A stretch of 64,000 nt of DNA from Adineta vaga. Taxonomy: Eukaryota > Animalia > Rotifera. Shown piece after piece: positions 1 to 14,755 of this stretch (within the stretch, counting starts at the first letter, position 1; each line of letters starts with the position of its first letter). Under the pieces are notes generated by a model, which had not been told where the DNA came from, ran no database searches, and was given only the letters and a program-made list of their open reading frames with translations. A program made the translations under genes and the position numbers. The DNA lies in NCBI GenBank assembly GCA_021613535.1, contig CP075496.1, positions 11,656,001 to 11,720,000 on the forward strand, written 5' to 3'.

Positions 1-3000
1 ATTTTAATTGAGAATGAATTACTTACATCGGAATTTAGGTTCACGATTTGTTGTTGAAGATCGATCATAGTTTCCCTAAACGAGAGTAAAAATTTCGATC
101 GATTTTGTTTTAGAATGCAATTGATAATGTATACATCATTGGAAATTTCATGTCGAGCATCTCGAACTTTTTGCTTAAGTTCATCGATTTCCTAGAAAGA
201 ATATTTTCATTTAACAAGAGATTATTTTGAGATGATGCCTCACTTGATCTTTTTGTCTGATTTGGGTTTCTAACGATCTTACGTGCGCGGATGCATCGAC
301 ATTGCTTGATTCATTGAATTTTTGTTCTAACATTGAGTAACGCTGTTGTGATCGCTAAAATTGAATATATGTATACGTACATTCGTTTACTTTCCTTTTT
401 AATTGAAATTACGCGTAAGTCTTCTTTTTGATTAGATGATTCTCGTTCCAATTCTTCGATTTTCGATCCCAGTTGCTTTTTAATTTGCAAAACAAATAAT
501 AAGACATGAGAAATAGTAGAATAAAAAGAATTTCATTTACCTCGTAACGATCTTGTAATTCAAGGTATTCTCTTTCACTTCGACCAGGAGTTTGACGAGC
601 TTGACGTAATTTTTCTTCCAATTCACGACTCACAAGTGTTCGATCCTAAACAGATAGATCAAAGTATAAGATTTAATGTTGGTTACTGTTGGAAACAAAG
701 ATATTTCTCTCTTCTCTTTCTTCACCTTCGTCGGAAATAATGCAGGAAAAGGCTATCGCTTCCTCTACCTTGTTCTTTTGCTTTTCTATGAAAAAGCAAG
801 TAAGAAAAACCATACAACGCTTTTCTCGCTTTCGTTCTCTTCTCTTTCTTGTTCTTTTATTAATAAAAAAAATGATAATAAACATGCAATGAAGAATGAA
901 GGAAAGAGAAAAAAAGAACAAATGACAAAGTTTATTATCTTCTTTTACTTCCCTGAAAAAGAATAATAAGTTTTGTCTGCAAACCATCTGTTCTCAGTCG
1001 TAAAATTTAATTAAATTTAGTTTCAACAATACCTCTATGATTTCTTCATTTTGTCGAAGTTTGTTCTTCAAATTCTTGATTTCAAGTTCATATGTATCAA
1101 TATTCTCGCGTGTCGATTCAATATAGGACATCTAAAGAATATCATGTATTTTTTTTTGTATATAAAGAACAAAATTTTACTTCGTCTAAACGGTTTTTTA
1201 GATCTTTGATTTCACGAATACTGCTCTAAAATAAACAATAAAGTATGCATGATTATTGTTTTTTTCTAATTTTACTATCAATCGTACTTCTCTTTCTTCA
1301 ATAACAATTTTAAGATTGATATTCAAAGTTTCATTCGCTTTTTGATATTGTTCAAGATCAAGATGTTGTTCCTGAAAGAATAAGACTCTATTTATTCATT
1401 CGAAAAACCTCCAATTGATCGTACACGAATTGTTTGTTCTGAGTCTTTTAATTCTTTCTTAGCAAGATCTAGTTTTGCTTCTAGTTCATGAATAATTCTT
1501 TGCAGTTCTTGTATGTCTTGTTCTTGTTCTTGAATTGTTAAAGTTTGACTATTTAAAATTTCCTCAGATCGTTTTTCACGATCTCGATGTTCTATTTGTA
1601 ATCTTGCAATTCTATTTATTTCATGATCATCCTAAAAATAAGAAATATATCATTTAAAATTGATTTGAAATGAATTTATTTACTGGTGAAGTAAACGCAT
1701 GACTTCTTTCATTTGTTGTACTATAATTCTGATATAAATTTTCGTCTGTTTGAAGATTGTTTTCTAATGGATTGACGTTTATCTAAATGAAATATAATAT
1801 TTTGATCACGGAAACACTATAGTAAAAAAATACTTGAAGATCTAACTGAACATGATCAGGTTGATCGCTATCGGTACGGTTTCCAGCTTTAAGTTTCTAA
1901 AATTACATGAAATCGTCTATTTAATCTATGAATCTATTAGATACATTACTTCAATATATTTTTCTAATTCTGAAATCTAAATAAACAAAAGAATGATGTT
2001 AAATTCTGTATTTATTGAAATAGAATATTGAACACGCGTCGCATATGATCTCGATGAACTTACAACTCACAATGTGTTTTTGTATTGAAATCTAAATGTG
2101 TCTCATTCGTTTGCATATGTTCAAATAGGTGAAGAATAGTTGAAGTAATAGACTTTACATCATTTTTCGTTTATGTCCTTTCTTCTACTCAAGAATGTTC
2201 AAACATCAGGTGATGAATTGAAAGAAAGAATTGAAGAGCATTTTAGATTTTGAAGTTTATGTTGAACAAATACTATCGATAAGTTCTTTTCTATGTTTCG
2301 ATATACTTCTTTGATATTTTGTCTTTTACTTACATATTTAGCATAATTGACATCTGAAGATCGAGCTTCGATAGAACCGGGTTGTACCTACAATAAAAGT
2401 AAAATATAAATAATCAAAGAGTTAAATTTATTTGAAAGAAATCGTTCATACAATAACTCTTGATAGTTTTTCCAATTCCTAAAAATGAAAAAATAAAATG
2501 AAGAAAAAAGAGATATTTTAATTACTTCAATACGACGTTGTCTACGTTCTAATTCATCAGCATGACGACGAGAATCATATTCATTTCTTTCACTAGATTT
2601 TCGAAGTTCTATTTTCAAATTATCAATATCTGTTTTATAATCCTATGATAATCATTGTTAATATAATTAAATGAAAAGAAAAAGACGAACTTCAACCGAA
2701 CGTTGTATAGCTTGTAGTTGTTGGTTTACTGTATGATATTGTTGTTCAAACTATAGTACATAAATCATTCAATATCTTATTAACTAACTAAACAAAACAA
2801 TTTTACATGTTCTCTTTCAACATTACATCGTTGATAATTTGTTTCAGCGGTATCTCTATCATGTAAGATATTCTATAGAAAGAAGAAGTTAATTGAATAT
2901 TGAACTAAGAAATTTTGTTCACCTGAATATCTTGTTCGTGTCGTTCATTGATGCTTTGATAACTTTTACGATACTAAATACAATAATAAGATTTCCATGA

Positions 3001-6000
3001 AATAGCTTAAGAAAATGATTTACTTCATTTTCATATTGTTCTTTTATTTCGATACTGATGTCAATTCTTAATTGATTCATTGCATCTTCAAGCTCCTAAA
3101 AGCAAGTATATATATTCCTTCGAATAATTGATAATATTTCTTATTCGTACTAACCGTAATTTTGCCAACTAAATTTTGCTTTTCTTGCCTTGCTTGATGG
3201 ATTTGTTCTTCATAATTTTGACAACGAACATCCGATGTATTGATTTCTTTTTTCAACTAAACTCAGGCAAAGTACTTAGACATCAATTATCTTCAAAATA
3301 TTATTTAATATTTACTGTATCATTCTTTTCTTGTAGTGCATAAAAAGCTGTTTCACTTCGCTAAAAAATGAATCAATAGTTTTCTTTGTTTGTTTTTTAA
3401 ATATAATTTTGGATTTTACTCGTTGGTATTCCAATACTTGTTTTTCATATTCCTTTATGGAAAAAAAACAAACATTTACTTTGAAAGAAATGTTCGTTAA
3501 GGAGATTTTTATTCTCACTTGTATTTTTCTATTGTAATGATCCTCCTGTCTTATTGAATTTTCTTGTAACTGAAAAATAAAGACGAAATGTCAATATTCA
3601 ATATCATTGATTGCGAGATAACTTTACTTCACTATATTTAATTTGGAGTTCATCGAAACTTCGTATTTCCGTAGCTCGTTGACGTTCATACTGTTCTCGA
3701 ATATCCTAAGATGTAATTTAAACCATGAAAACTAAAAAAGAAATTCAGAAAGATTCTTACTAAGAGGTCTCGTTCGTGATGATTTTGTTCCTTAAACATA
3801 GAACAATATCATATCATTCGAATTTTAGAGAAAAGAATAGTTACATGTTGAAGATCAGTTTTTAATTGTTCAATTTGAACACTATATCTTTGAAGTTCTT
3901 CTTCTGTACTCTGTATATTGATACAAGTCAGATGTTATAAATATAATTAACAAAGAATCTTACTTCAATAATACTTTCCAATTCGCGAATTCTTTTTGGT
4001 CCATATGTTCTTTCCTAGAAAGAAAAAGAAATGAATTATTATCTATAATAACAACTTCTCATAGAAAAAGCGTATAAGAGAGATTTCGAATTTTATCTCT
4101 ACGATGCGTCTCGATTTATGCATAGAATGATTTTATTTTAGTCTAATTTTTCGTTTAATACATACTAGTTCTTCATATTTTATGCGTAAATCATCATATC
4201 GTTGTTGGTGTTTTCTATCTAATTCTATTCGATATTGTTCATAACGTTTTTCCGAACTCTAAATCAATTAGATGATAGAAAAGCATGTTCATACATCATT
4301 TTATACAAACTAGATATTGTTCTTTTAAATCTTGAATTTGTAGATTCAATTGTTCGATTTCCTAAATAATTCATTGAGAAAATTTTCAATTAAATAATCA
4401 ACAAAGATATAATATACATTCGCATATCGACTATGATCGATTCTTTTTAATTGATTATTTTCATCAGTCAATTTTTTCACACGACGTTCACTTTCTTCTA
4501 CCTATGAAAATGATAGTTTCATGAAAAATGATTTAAATATATATATATATATATATATGAAAATTCAATCAACAATACTTGATTTTTTAAACTGTTTATA
4601 TCTTCTCCAAGTTCTCTGATTCTTAATTGATATTTTTGAGCAAAACTACGTTCAGCGTCAGCTTCACGAATTTTATATTCCTAAATAATATATAATTGAT
4701 TCAATATCAATTAATTCTTTATACATACACGAATTTCTGCCTCTTTTTCTTGTAATTTTCTTTGACACTAAAATTAGCATTTGATTTCGATAAAATCTCA
4801 ATAAAGAAACAATTTTCCATACGTACATCATCATATTTTTGTACTAATTCTGTAATACGATTTGATATATGAGAGATATTCTTTGCATCAAGTTGGAGTT
4901 CTTCATTTGTGTGATTAAGAACAGTTGCCGTATCCTATATAAGAGAAATAGTTTCTGAATATCATTTAACTGACAGAAGATTGAAATATCATACTTCGGG
5001 TTTTCGATCATTCGGAACAACCTACAAAAAAAAGAAATTGTTCAAATAGTTTAGTTCATTTTTTAAGTTAAAAGAAATATCAAACCGATCTTGTGCTTGT
5101 TGATATCAATGGCTAACAGATAATTGTAAGAGAAACAACATGTTTTTTAGTTATACTCTTGTATCTGTTTCATATCATACCTGATCATGTAATTGAAAAC
5201 GAGTTAATAAACCGTTAAGGCCAGCAATTTGTGTTCCTAAATGTTGTTCGGTGCGTCGAAGTGCTTCACATTCATTTCGTAATTGCTAAAATTTTTATCA
5301 TAAATAACTCTTCAATTATAGAAAAGATACAAACATCATTGTCATAGATGACTTGATCATTAGTAGCTACCCGACGTAGCTGTTCTCTAAGTTGTTGAAC
5401 TTCATTATTCAGTTGCTAAATGAAATCAAGAGAATTAACTTTAAGATTATGTTTAATAATGATATTTTACTTCAATGTAATGTTCTTGATTCGAAATCTT
5501 TCGAAGATAATCATCAACATTGACATCTGAACTGCTTTGTCCTTGCTATAAATACAAAAGAAAATCGAAATGAAACTAAGTCCCTTGTATGTATGTTCGA
5601 AAGTAATTTATCGAAAATTTGATCAGCGTGAGCAAAATTAAATAATAGAATATCAGTGTATATGTTTATATTTGAGTATACAGAGAAATGAAATATGAGC
5701 GAAAATGAAGCAATTTAATATACAAACCATAGGATAAAAAAAGCGAATTCGGGCTCGTAATGGCTAAAATAAAATGTTTTGTTTTCATATAAATCAACAT
5801 CTGTCTTATTCGCTTATTTATGCAAGTGATTAATTTTAGGCAAGTTTTAAGATGAAATAAAATATTCATTTTACCTCATGTTGATATGTATCGTAATTCG
5901 ATGATGAACGTGATCGATGTTTATGAATATTCTAAACGAAATTCTTTGAGATAAAATATAGCGAAAGACAATTTTTTCAATCATACAGAAACTTGTTTAT

Positions 6001-7823
6001 CAAAATCGTCTTTTAAACGTCGTAATGTATTATCTGCTCTAATTTTATGTTCATCATATTTTTTCAATTCTGCTTGATGTTCTTCATTGATTTGTTTTAG
6101 TTTCTTGATAAATATTGAAGAAAAAAGAATGTTATTGATGATAAGTTCATTTTCATTTTATGTCTGACTTTTTTTAATGAATCAATTTCATTTTGAAGTT
6201 GTCTTTCACGTTCGTCAAATTGTACAGTAGGTATATTATTTGGTGTTGATGAACCTGTATGTGAGAAGCTAGATGGAGTCAGTCCTCTATTACTGGCATC
6301 ATCGAGCATTCGACGAAGTTTGATATTTTCTTCATTACATGTTACAAATGCAACTTTCAATTCACGAAGTTCATCATTGTCATTAATTGATTGATTATCG
6401 GATGTTTTCGTTGATGACAATTGACTTGAAAAGTAGAAACAATGACAAATAGAGAATAGAAAACTAAGATCTTTCTTTATAAATAAACTATAGACTAGAT
6501 GCAAAAACAAATATTCGGTATCGTTAATGATTGAAGTTAGAAGTGTTTTTGTAAGTATTGTCGAACAATAGTTGTATTTCACATACAAAGTCATCTTTGA
6601 TTTCTTCATAAAATGTTTCTTAACGAAAAACTTTCTCCTACAAATTCAATTACTTGATATCCATGTCAGCATCAACATATTCCACTTCATCATCACTAGA
6701 ATCTCGAATCTCAGTTGATTGTGTTGCACCCATAGACGAACAAAATAAGTTGAACACTTTCGACTGTCTTTCGTCTCTCTCTTATGTCATCTAGTTGATC
6801 TTTCATTCGTTTTTCTCTTCTGATTCTTTTACTTCTACGATTTCTCTATTCTATTCTATTCTATTCAACTAAGTTACCAGAACAAAGACAAAAAGAGAGA
6901 ACAGAACATACAAACTGAATGAGAAAGAGAGAAAAAAGAATGAGAAAGGCTATAATCACCACCTCAGTCAACAATTTATTTTATTCCATTAGAAGTTGAT
7001 AGACTTGAAATCTGACAAACTAAAAGTAGACATACCGAATGGATGATACTGCTTGATCACCGTAACCAATACTATGTCCTATTTGCTGTTGAGGGTGAGT
7101 TCCATATTGTGATGGAAGACGAATTTGATGAACTTGATCTGGTGATAATGATGTATTCGAATCATGGATGTCACTTCGTTCTTCCAGAAAAAAAATACGT
7201 AATTTCAAATTGAAATTTTCACGTCGAAGCTCTTGAACTTCCTAAAAATCAATAACATGATGAATATTTAAAGTCATTAAGAAAACAAAAAAAAATAGTC
7301 TATCTTTATCACTTCCTATTATTTCTCCTTCAAATACATAGTCTTTTATCAACTGAAATTATAGATACCAATGTGCTCACCTATGTCTTATCACATTCTT
7401 TCATAAGCAAACAAAGATTTGTTTGCCACTTTACCGCAGTCGATAAACACATTAAAAACAAGCTAATGTAAAAATAGTTTTGATTATTTATTTTAAAAAA
7501 AACCGAATCGTTTGTTATGAATACGAATGCAAACATTCGATTTGATTTTATCTCGGATAGTAGGTAAAGTTTTTTTTAACTAAGATTATCATAGTAGTTT
7601 AACAATTGACCATGAGAAAAATGATTAGAAAACAAAAAATTTACTGTATTAATTTCACCCATCGTTCTGGATGTCATAGGAGGATTAAGTTGAGGTTGTC
7701 GACCTCTTCGGGTTGAAGTTTCTAAAGACAAAAAGAAGATTCATTTTCGTTTTATTTCAAATCAATATTCTTACCTTCTCCAGATTCACGTGTTGAGAAG
7801 TCGTCAACATGAGTACTATCCAT
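1..7823 (-). CDS. Centrosomin/CDK5RAP2/myomegalin-like CM1-domain coiled-coil protein; 3' part continues beyond the window; dozens of small exons
   Basis: ATG at 7823 (MDSTHVDDFSTRESGE). Exons 7823-7775, 7721-7645 and 7241-7036 splice to ...MTSRTMGEINT-EVQELRRENFNLKLRIFFLEER, the CM1 signature (ENFNLKLRIxFLEE). Downstream exons are E/Q/R/K-rich heptad coiled-coil separated by ~55 nt GT-AG introns. Confidence 0.8.
6654..6733 (-). CDS. Putative alternative first exon of the CM1 gene (MGATQSTEIRDSSDDEVEYVDADMDI), N-myristoylation motif
   Basis: ATG at 6733, open to donor AA|gtaatt at 6653. Phase 2, the same phase as the CM1 exon donor (CG|gtatg) and the acceptor before 6424. Has the MGxxxS consensus. 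Confidence 0.6.
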
Positions 7824-10800
7824 GATTGTTGTCAATCGATAGTATTCAAAGATATATCTCTAAAAAAAATAGATAGCACAGTTATAAAACAACATATATC
7901 TATTTAATAAAAACTATCAAAGGATAATCGTCCTTGTGTCGATGATTACCTGAGATTCTCAATACATAACTAGATGGCGCTCATCGTTTCCTCATTTTAT
8001 TGATTTATGTCTCATTAAAAAATATTAAGAAACTTTTACTATCTAAGTAGACACTTTTCTTCTAAATTAAAATTCTCTATTGAGTTATATAATGCGTTAG
8101 GACATAGACTTGACACAATTGTTACTCGATGAAGGAAAAGAATATATACGGAAAATGTGTTCTTTTCTTTTCTATAACGCTCTCTCACTCTTGCGCAACA
8201 AAAGATCTTCTAGTTTGTTAGACTTGCAAATATCATAACTAAAACTGAAATATTTTAGTAGAGAAATCTTACCTGTGCGCTGGCTTATATCTTCTTATTC
8301 TTGTATGTATCATAGTTGTCGTTATCTATTTGTTCTCTGTCTCTCTCTGTTTATTTGAAGACTAAACTTTTTTCACACATGTCCTTTCTTTTTATTGTGG
8401 ATAAAATACTCATATAGTCATGAGTAGTGTCGACGACTGCTGCTGTTCTTTCTCTCTTCTTCTTCTTTGGCATCATTACCATTGCATCCCTTAACATCAT
8501 ATATCATGGTATGTTAACTATGGCAAAGAGACTGAGAAAAGAGAAGAGAAAGGTAAGAAGACAGAACAAAATGAGGAGTTGTGCGTTAAGAGAAAAGAAT
8601 TACTATTACATTTATCTATCTATCTATTGTATTCGTCTGAAATACTAACAGGTGAATGATATCGTTATGAATGAATTCATCCCTTTGATCTATACACCTG
8701 TCCATATAATTCCAAAACAAAAAAGAAGAGGATACTTCATACAAATTGAGTAAAGGCTATCGACTAGCGCATCTATCAGTCATTGTAGTGTTGATTGTAA
8801 TCGAACTTATTTAGTGCAAAAAATCGTTTACACATACATCAGTTAGTTTTTATAATCAGAAATCAAAAATTCAATAGACGTGTCCGATACTACACTGGAT
8901 TAGCATACCTTATTGACATAGCTTTGATCAGAAAAAGCATTCTTTATATATATATTGAATAATTAATTTCAAAGATTGATAATCTATAAATTAGTCGTTT
9001 TTTATATTCATAAGAAATTGAAATTGAACGTTTGTTTAAGATTTCTTTAGTTAAATATGTTTTGATGAATTTATTCTGTTATCATGTAATAAATCATAAT
9101 GTTGTACGATCTTCTAAGAAAGAAAGAAAGAAAAATAGTGATATAAACATATTCACACATGAAAATCTCTTTTAAAAGAATCAGAAGGAAAAAGAAATCT
9201 ATTTACATTCTTTTTATTTTACGCATCGAAAGATTTTTCGGATGATTACATAGAGAAACTGTGCTACTTATACATTACTTTTCGTTTTTCTTTTTCTATG
9301 CTTTTATACGATCATGCCCTATTGACGAAGTCGATTATAATGAAATACGAACGGTTATTTGTCGTTTTAATATACATTAAAAAAAATGACACTCGATAAT
9401 TTGTTGCAGGACGATAGAACTATTAACCTTGATTTATAAGGTACATGAAATCTAATCGAACAAAAAAGAATTCAATATATTGAATTAATTAGACAACCGT
9501 CTATCGCAAGGTTATGTGTTAAAATAAATATTGATTATGATACACTATCCAGTCAACATAAAGAATAACTCTGATTAATTTTTATTGAAGTTATTTTTTT
9601 GTTAATGGTTTTGAATTAAATTGATTACGTTCTATTTTTGAGAAAAATGGAGAATAAAACTGAAGAATGAATTCATTTTTCCATGTGTGAAATATCTTAA
9701 TCTCAATCATTTACATTGCAGGACAATGATTTTGATTATAGAATTGATTGATCATCTTCAATGGATTAACAACCAGTGAGTTCAAGATTCTTTCTTTTTC
9801 TTTGAACGGTAGTTGTTTATTCAAACGTATGCATATCGATTTGAAAATGTGATGCTAACCGTTAGTAAATAATATAACTTTTATTTATGGATGAAATAAA
9901 GTTTGCAAATATTTTTCATCCACGCTAGATTTGACATTTTCGACAGTTTTAATTTGAAATCAAAGAATATTATGATGACTTCACAATGAATATCTATCTA
10001 TCATCAATAGAATACTAATCATAGTAGTGACGGATAGATCACAATTGTTTATAGAGATATTCAATTATTGAATGTACAGTTTCTATGTGTGAGTGCCTTT
10101 TCTATATATACTGTTATGTCTGAATTTGATGAGAATAGTTAGACATTTACATATACTTACGATGTGTAGGTATGTTTATGCCAATCGATCATCACATTGT
10201 AATAAATACTCTTCAAAAATATATAAATATTTACTGTTCAAGTTAGAAATAGACAAACAATTTCATATATAAATAAGAAATTAAAATACTTTGAGAAGAA
10301 AAACCAAAAGGACAATGAATATCTAAATTCTCATTTGAGGTAAACGATCATTTAAACACTAATAAGAGAAAAACGTATAGTAAAGTTGTACTTTTTTATA
10401 TGGACTCGATACCTAAACAGTAAACTCACAGGTTTTAGTCTTTTTTTTTTGAATCTCAGGTGTATCTTTGAATATGTCTAAAGAGATAGAATTAGTCGTA
10501 AAGAAAAACTCCTCAATTGAAATAATTTGTCATCAAATCAAGATCAAGAGGATTTTCAGTTGGTAACAACAATGCTTGTTCTGATAATTTCCCTAAAATA
10601 TTCATTCTCCGATCAATCTTTTTATATTATTTGGTTAGAAATGTCAACCAAAGATAGACAATCTCATTTATTTATTTATCTTATCTTTTTTTTTACGTTA
10701 TTATGACAAACAAACCGCATTCTCGTAATATTCTTACACAGACAAATTTATCTGCCATTGACTTAATCTTCATGTACTTTATTTATTTAAAATATTTTTT

Positions 10801-11233
10801 ACTACTTTTCTCAATTTTCTAAGAACTTTATTTTAAGGAAATTTGACAAAACTATGTAATAAAAACAACGATAGTTTCGAATTTATATCATAATTGAATC
10901 GATATATGATTAGAAAGTTAATTTCGATACAACTTTTTTCACTTTTACTACAATGTTAACTTGCGCAAATCAACAGCGCCATCTGTTTCTCTATTAATAT
11001 AATAATAACAACGAGAGATAGTTTTACATTGGTAAAAACAAATGACTGATCACATTAAATAAGAAAAGAAAAACAGCATGAAGAGAAGATGTAGATGTTG
11101 TTCATCTTCATATTAGTACCATATTAACAAACGGTTCGATGAATTGAATTTTATTTAATATGACAAGACAATATATATTCATAAGAATCTTCTAACATTC
11201 ATATTATTCATTTTTTAGATAAATTGATGATGG

Positions 11234-12708
11234 ATGGACACCTCTCAGTATATTCAAGCATGCAATCCAGCGTAAAATAATGAATCTGTCTCTTTATTTT
11301 ATTAATCTTTCTTGGTTTTTTTGTTTAGTCGATTTGTAATCACTTGTTCACTTTTGATCTTTTCAATACTATTTGCATTAAGAGTTGATGGATTTATTAA
11401 AACTAGCTATTGGCTGATCTTCTTGCCATTATTTATTTGGAAAATGTTGGTCGTTTTCGGTGCATGTACAGGAGTTTTTATCTGGTGTAAAAATACTGAA
11501 CAAAATAGGTATATTAAACATTGATTCTTGATTAATAAATATTTCATTCTTATCTTCTATTAAATAGACTTCTTCGTGCACCAGATAACGATTGTCGAGC
11601 ATTGATTATCTATTTTTTTATACATATTCTTATATTTACATTTGAAGTTCTCACATGTGACAAAATAGAAAACGAATTAGAAACTCAGTGGATTATTTGT
11701 TTTACTCCATTACTTTTATGTACAGTTGTTTCTTTCATATCATGCTTATGGTCATTAAAAACACAAAGAAATTTTCTCGTATGTCGATTCATATCTTCGC
11801 TGAAAGAAGAAAAAGAAAGCAAAATTTGATTTTCATTTTGTTGCTATTTAGATTCAAACTTTTATTTCAATCAATGGACTTTTCTTTCTATTTTTACCAT
11901 TACGTCTTGACGGTGTTTTTACATGGCGATATTCTGTAAGTATTCAATTCATTTTACATTTGAATTCTTAACAATCTTTGTTGGAAATTCTTTTCTTTTA
12001 GATCGTATTCATTCCAATATGGATATCGCTAGGTATCGCTTTATTATTTGTATTTATTAAAATCATTCTTGCACTTGTACATCGATGTTCTCGTCGATTA
12101 GTAACGAATCAACGTGAAATAACTACAATAAGTGAAGCAATTATCTATGCGTTAATGTTCATCCCATTGGGTATCTTTGCAGTGAGTTTATTGAACTTTT
12201 CATTTCTTGAAATTAACTATTTCGATAGACAGATGTATTTCAACTAAGAAGATATATTTTATTTAAGATATTATTGGTTGATCGACTTGACAAGGAAGAT
12301 AATGAGCAACTTAGTAAATTGTCATATAGTATAATATCGATTCCATTATATATTACATTAATTGCTTGGATGATGTTTTCCTTTGGTAGTACGGATGGCA
12401 ATCCATGTTTGTATTTTCTATTTGAAATAGTTCAATGAAAAGAAATCTTATTGTTTTGTCTAGGGTGGTTTGGTCTTCGACGTGATCCATGTGAAATTAT
12501 TCTTGGTCAATGTCCGTTTATTTCTCTTTATTTCAATAATCAATATAAATTTGCCACACGTTCATCAGTAAATGATACAATTATTATTGATATGACAACA
12601 TCAACAACTGAGAAAAATCCTGAATTATTCCATGGGAATAAATTAACAACAAAAGAAAAGAATCTCACTATACAAGATCAATCAATATCATTATTAGAAC
12701 CTGATTAG
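11234..12708 (+). CDS. TMEM185: Transmembrane protein 185 (FAM11)-like, multi-exon
   Basis: Spliced N-terminus MDTSQYIQACNPA-RFVITCSLLIFSILFALRVDGFIKTSYWLIFLPLFIWK matches TMEM185 (NPSKFLIY..LLFSVLLALRLDG...SYW). A later GGNP-WFGLRRD-like motif and multiple TM segments follow. Confidence 0.85.
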
Positions 12709-12818
12709 ATATTTCTTTCTTTCTATTTTTTGTTGTTGTCAGTGATATTCAGTCGATCTCTTTCTTTTTTGCTTATTTTCTATTGTAATGATGAAAGACA
12801 AATACATTGTTCGTTTAT

Positions 12819-14125
12819 TTATATAACAATGGGTCCAGTTGGTAAACGAAGAATATCAGCAAATCGATTTCCAATATGATTATAATGGAAAAAAACAACT
12901 AAACCAATAAATAATGAAATAGGTAGAGCAGGTAATGGTCGATGTAAAATTAAAAGAATAATAGTTGTTATAAGCATACCCATGATTAAACATAAATAAA
13001 TAATAATTATTGCAAAAAGATTACATTCAGATGTGAAAACAGTTTTCGATAGAAGTATTGAATAGAATATAAAATCTCCTAAACCTAGCATTGATTTACG
13101 TGTTCGACGTTTCTCATTTGTTTGCTGATCAGGTGAAGCATTGATATTTCTAAATACTTTCTGCGAAGTTAAATTCTTTTGTTTATAGAGATCATTCAAT
13201 GTATTCGATGATATGAATACTAAATTGAAACTTGAACAATAAATCCATGATATTAAGTCATCATCATCTTCTTCTTTCTCTGATTCAATCATATTTTGAT
13301 TTTGAAACCATAAACCTGTAGTATAAACCATCATTGGTGGTACTTGTAATTGACGTTTTTGAAATAAATTTATCAATAAATACAATGGACCAAATGGTAG
13401 TAAGACAGCTAACATATCCCACAAAGCTAATAATGGTAAAAGTGTCCATGCAATCCATTCGGGTGCTATTTTTAATACATATAATATCATAATAATACAT
13501 TGATAAATTGTGACAAATTGCTTGATTAAATCTGGTGCTAACCAAAACATAGATAGAATGGCAATAGTTAAAATATTATAAACATAAAGTATGATTGTAA
13601 TCCAATCAATTGAAGAATTTAATTGAGCAACAATCATTGATAGAATGGAAATATTTAGAAGAGAAAAAACACAAATAACTGTAAAAAATAAATAAATATA
13701 CAGACATTTTAAACAACCATAATAAACAAAAATAACTAGAAGACAAGTTGCTACTGCAATAATACCAATGGTAATTAAAGCGATTAGAAATGATTCCCAA
13801 GTAATTTTAGATATGGATGCAGCATTTGGACCTTTCGATGATGATATAAGACCAGCATCTTCAAAGACATTGGATTGTGTATAGAGATCATAGAGTAGAA
13901 TCGATAAACCAGCAGATATAATCACAGTAAATGATACTGGATAGACAAGAGCAAGAAATGATCGTGACCAATAATCAATATCAATTGAAGACGTTTGTGA
14001 TTGTTGCTTTGAAGATGATCTTAAAATTTTATATAAGAATGAAAAGAAAGATGGAAATCAACGTACGATAATGGCGAATGGGTACTGAGTGATGATTTAC
14101 TAGTGCGAGGTGAATCAGTTGACAT
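12819..14125 (-). CDS. Divergent presenilin (GxGD aspartyl protease), ~419 aa, one 47-nt intron (14066-14020)
   Basis: TM6 LALWDMLAVLLPFGPL, TM7 MLGLGDFIFYS, and PLPALPIS motif are all present. ATG 14125 joins in frame through TC|gtacgt...ttaag|A. Confidence 0.9.
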
Positions 14126-14755
14126 ACTAGTCGATGTGAATGTAATTAATGCGCTCAATGAACAATGTTAAGTAAAAAGATAAATTTCTTTCAGCATTTG
14201 TCGACAATGAATATATTTCTCCAAACCTTCGTGTTATCTGTTTGTGTATCTTGTAACTTTGTGATACAAGAGATATTTTGTTTTCGTTATCAAAATTTAG
14301 TGTTTTCAAATAATATTATTATAGAAAACTGCCGAAGGAGAAGATCATGAGTGACTATAACTAGTCTAAATATCATTATTAGTAACAAATGTGTTGGTTT
14401 TTCCTTGAATATAGCATGTCGTTTTGGGGTAAGTCAATGAAGTTCGATTGCTATAGATTTTGTAACAAAGTATTAGAATCATTATCAACGAAATAATGAG
14501 ATATTGACTTTTTTCATCGAATAAAAGTTGATTCAAATAGAAACACAGTAACTATCAGGAAATGTTTCATATCCAGCGACATCTCTCCAAAGTATCAACA
14601 GAACAGATTCATTCGTAACAAACAAATAAATATAGAAAAAAGTTACGAATGAATGAATCATATATATATATATCTGTACTTGTTGTTATTATTGGAGTTC
14701 GAGTAATTTTATTAAAGTAAAAAGGAAAGTTATTCATATTGGTTTCAAAGATTTA

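Noticed and set aside
673-987. Overlapping 67-104 aa ORFs on both strands
   Set aside because: Low-complexity F/K-rich translations of an AT-rich intron of the CM1 gene.
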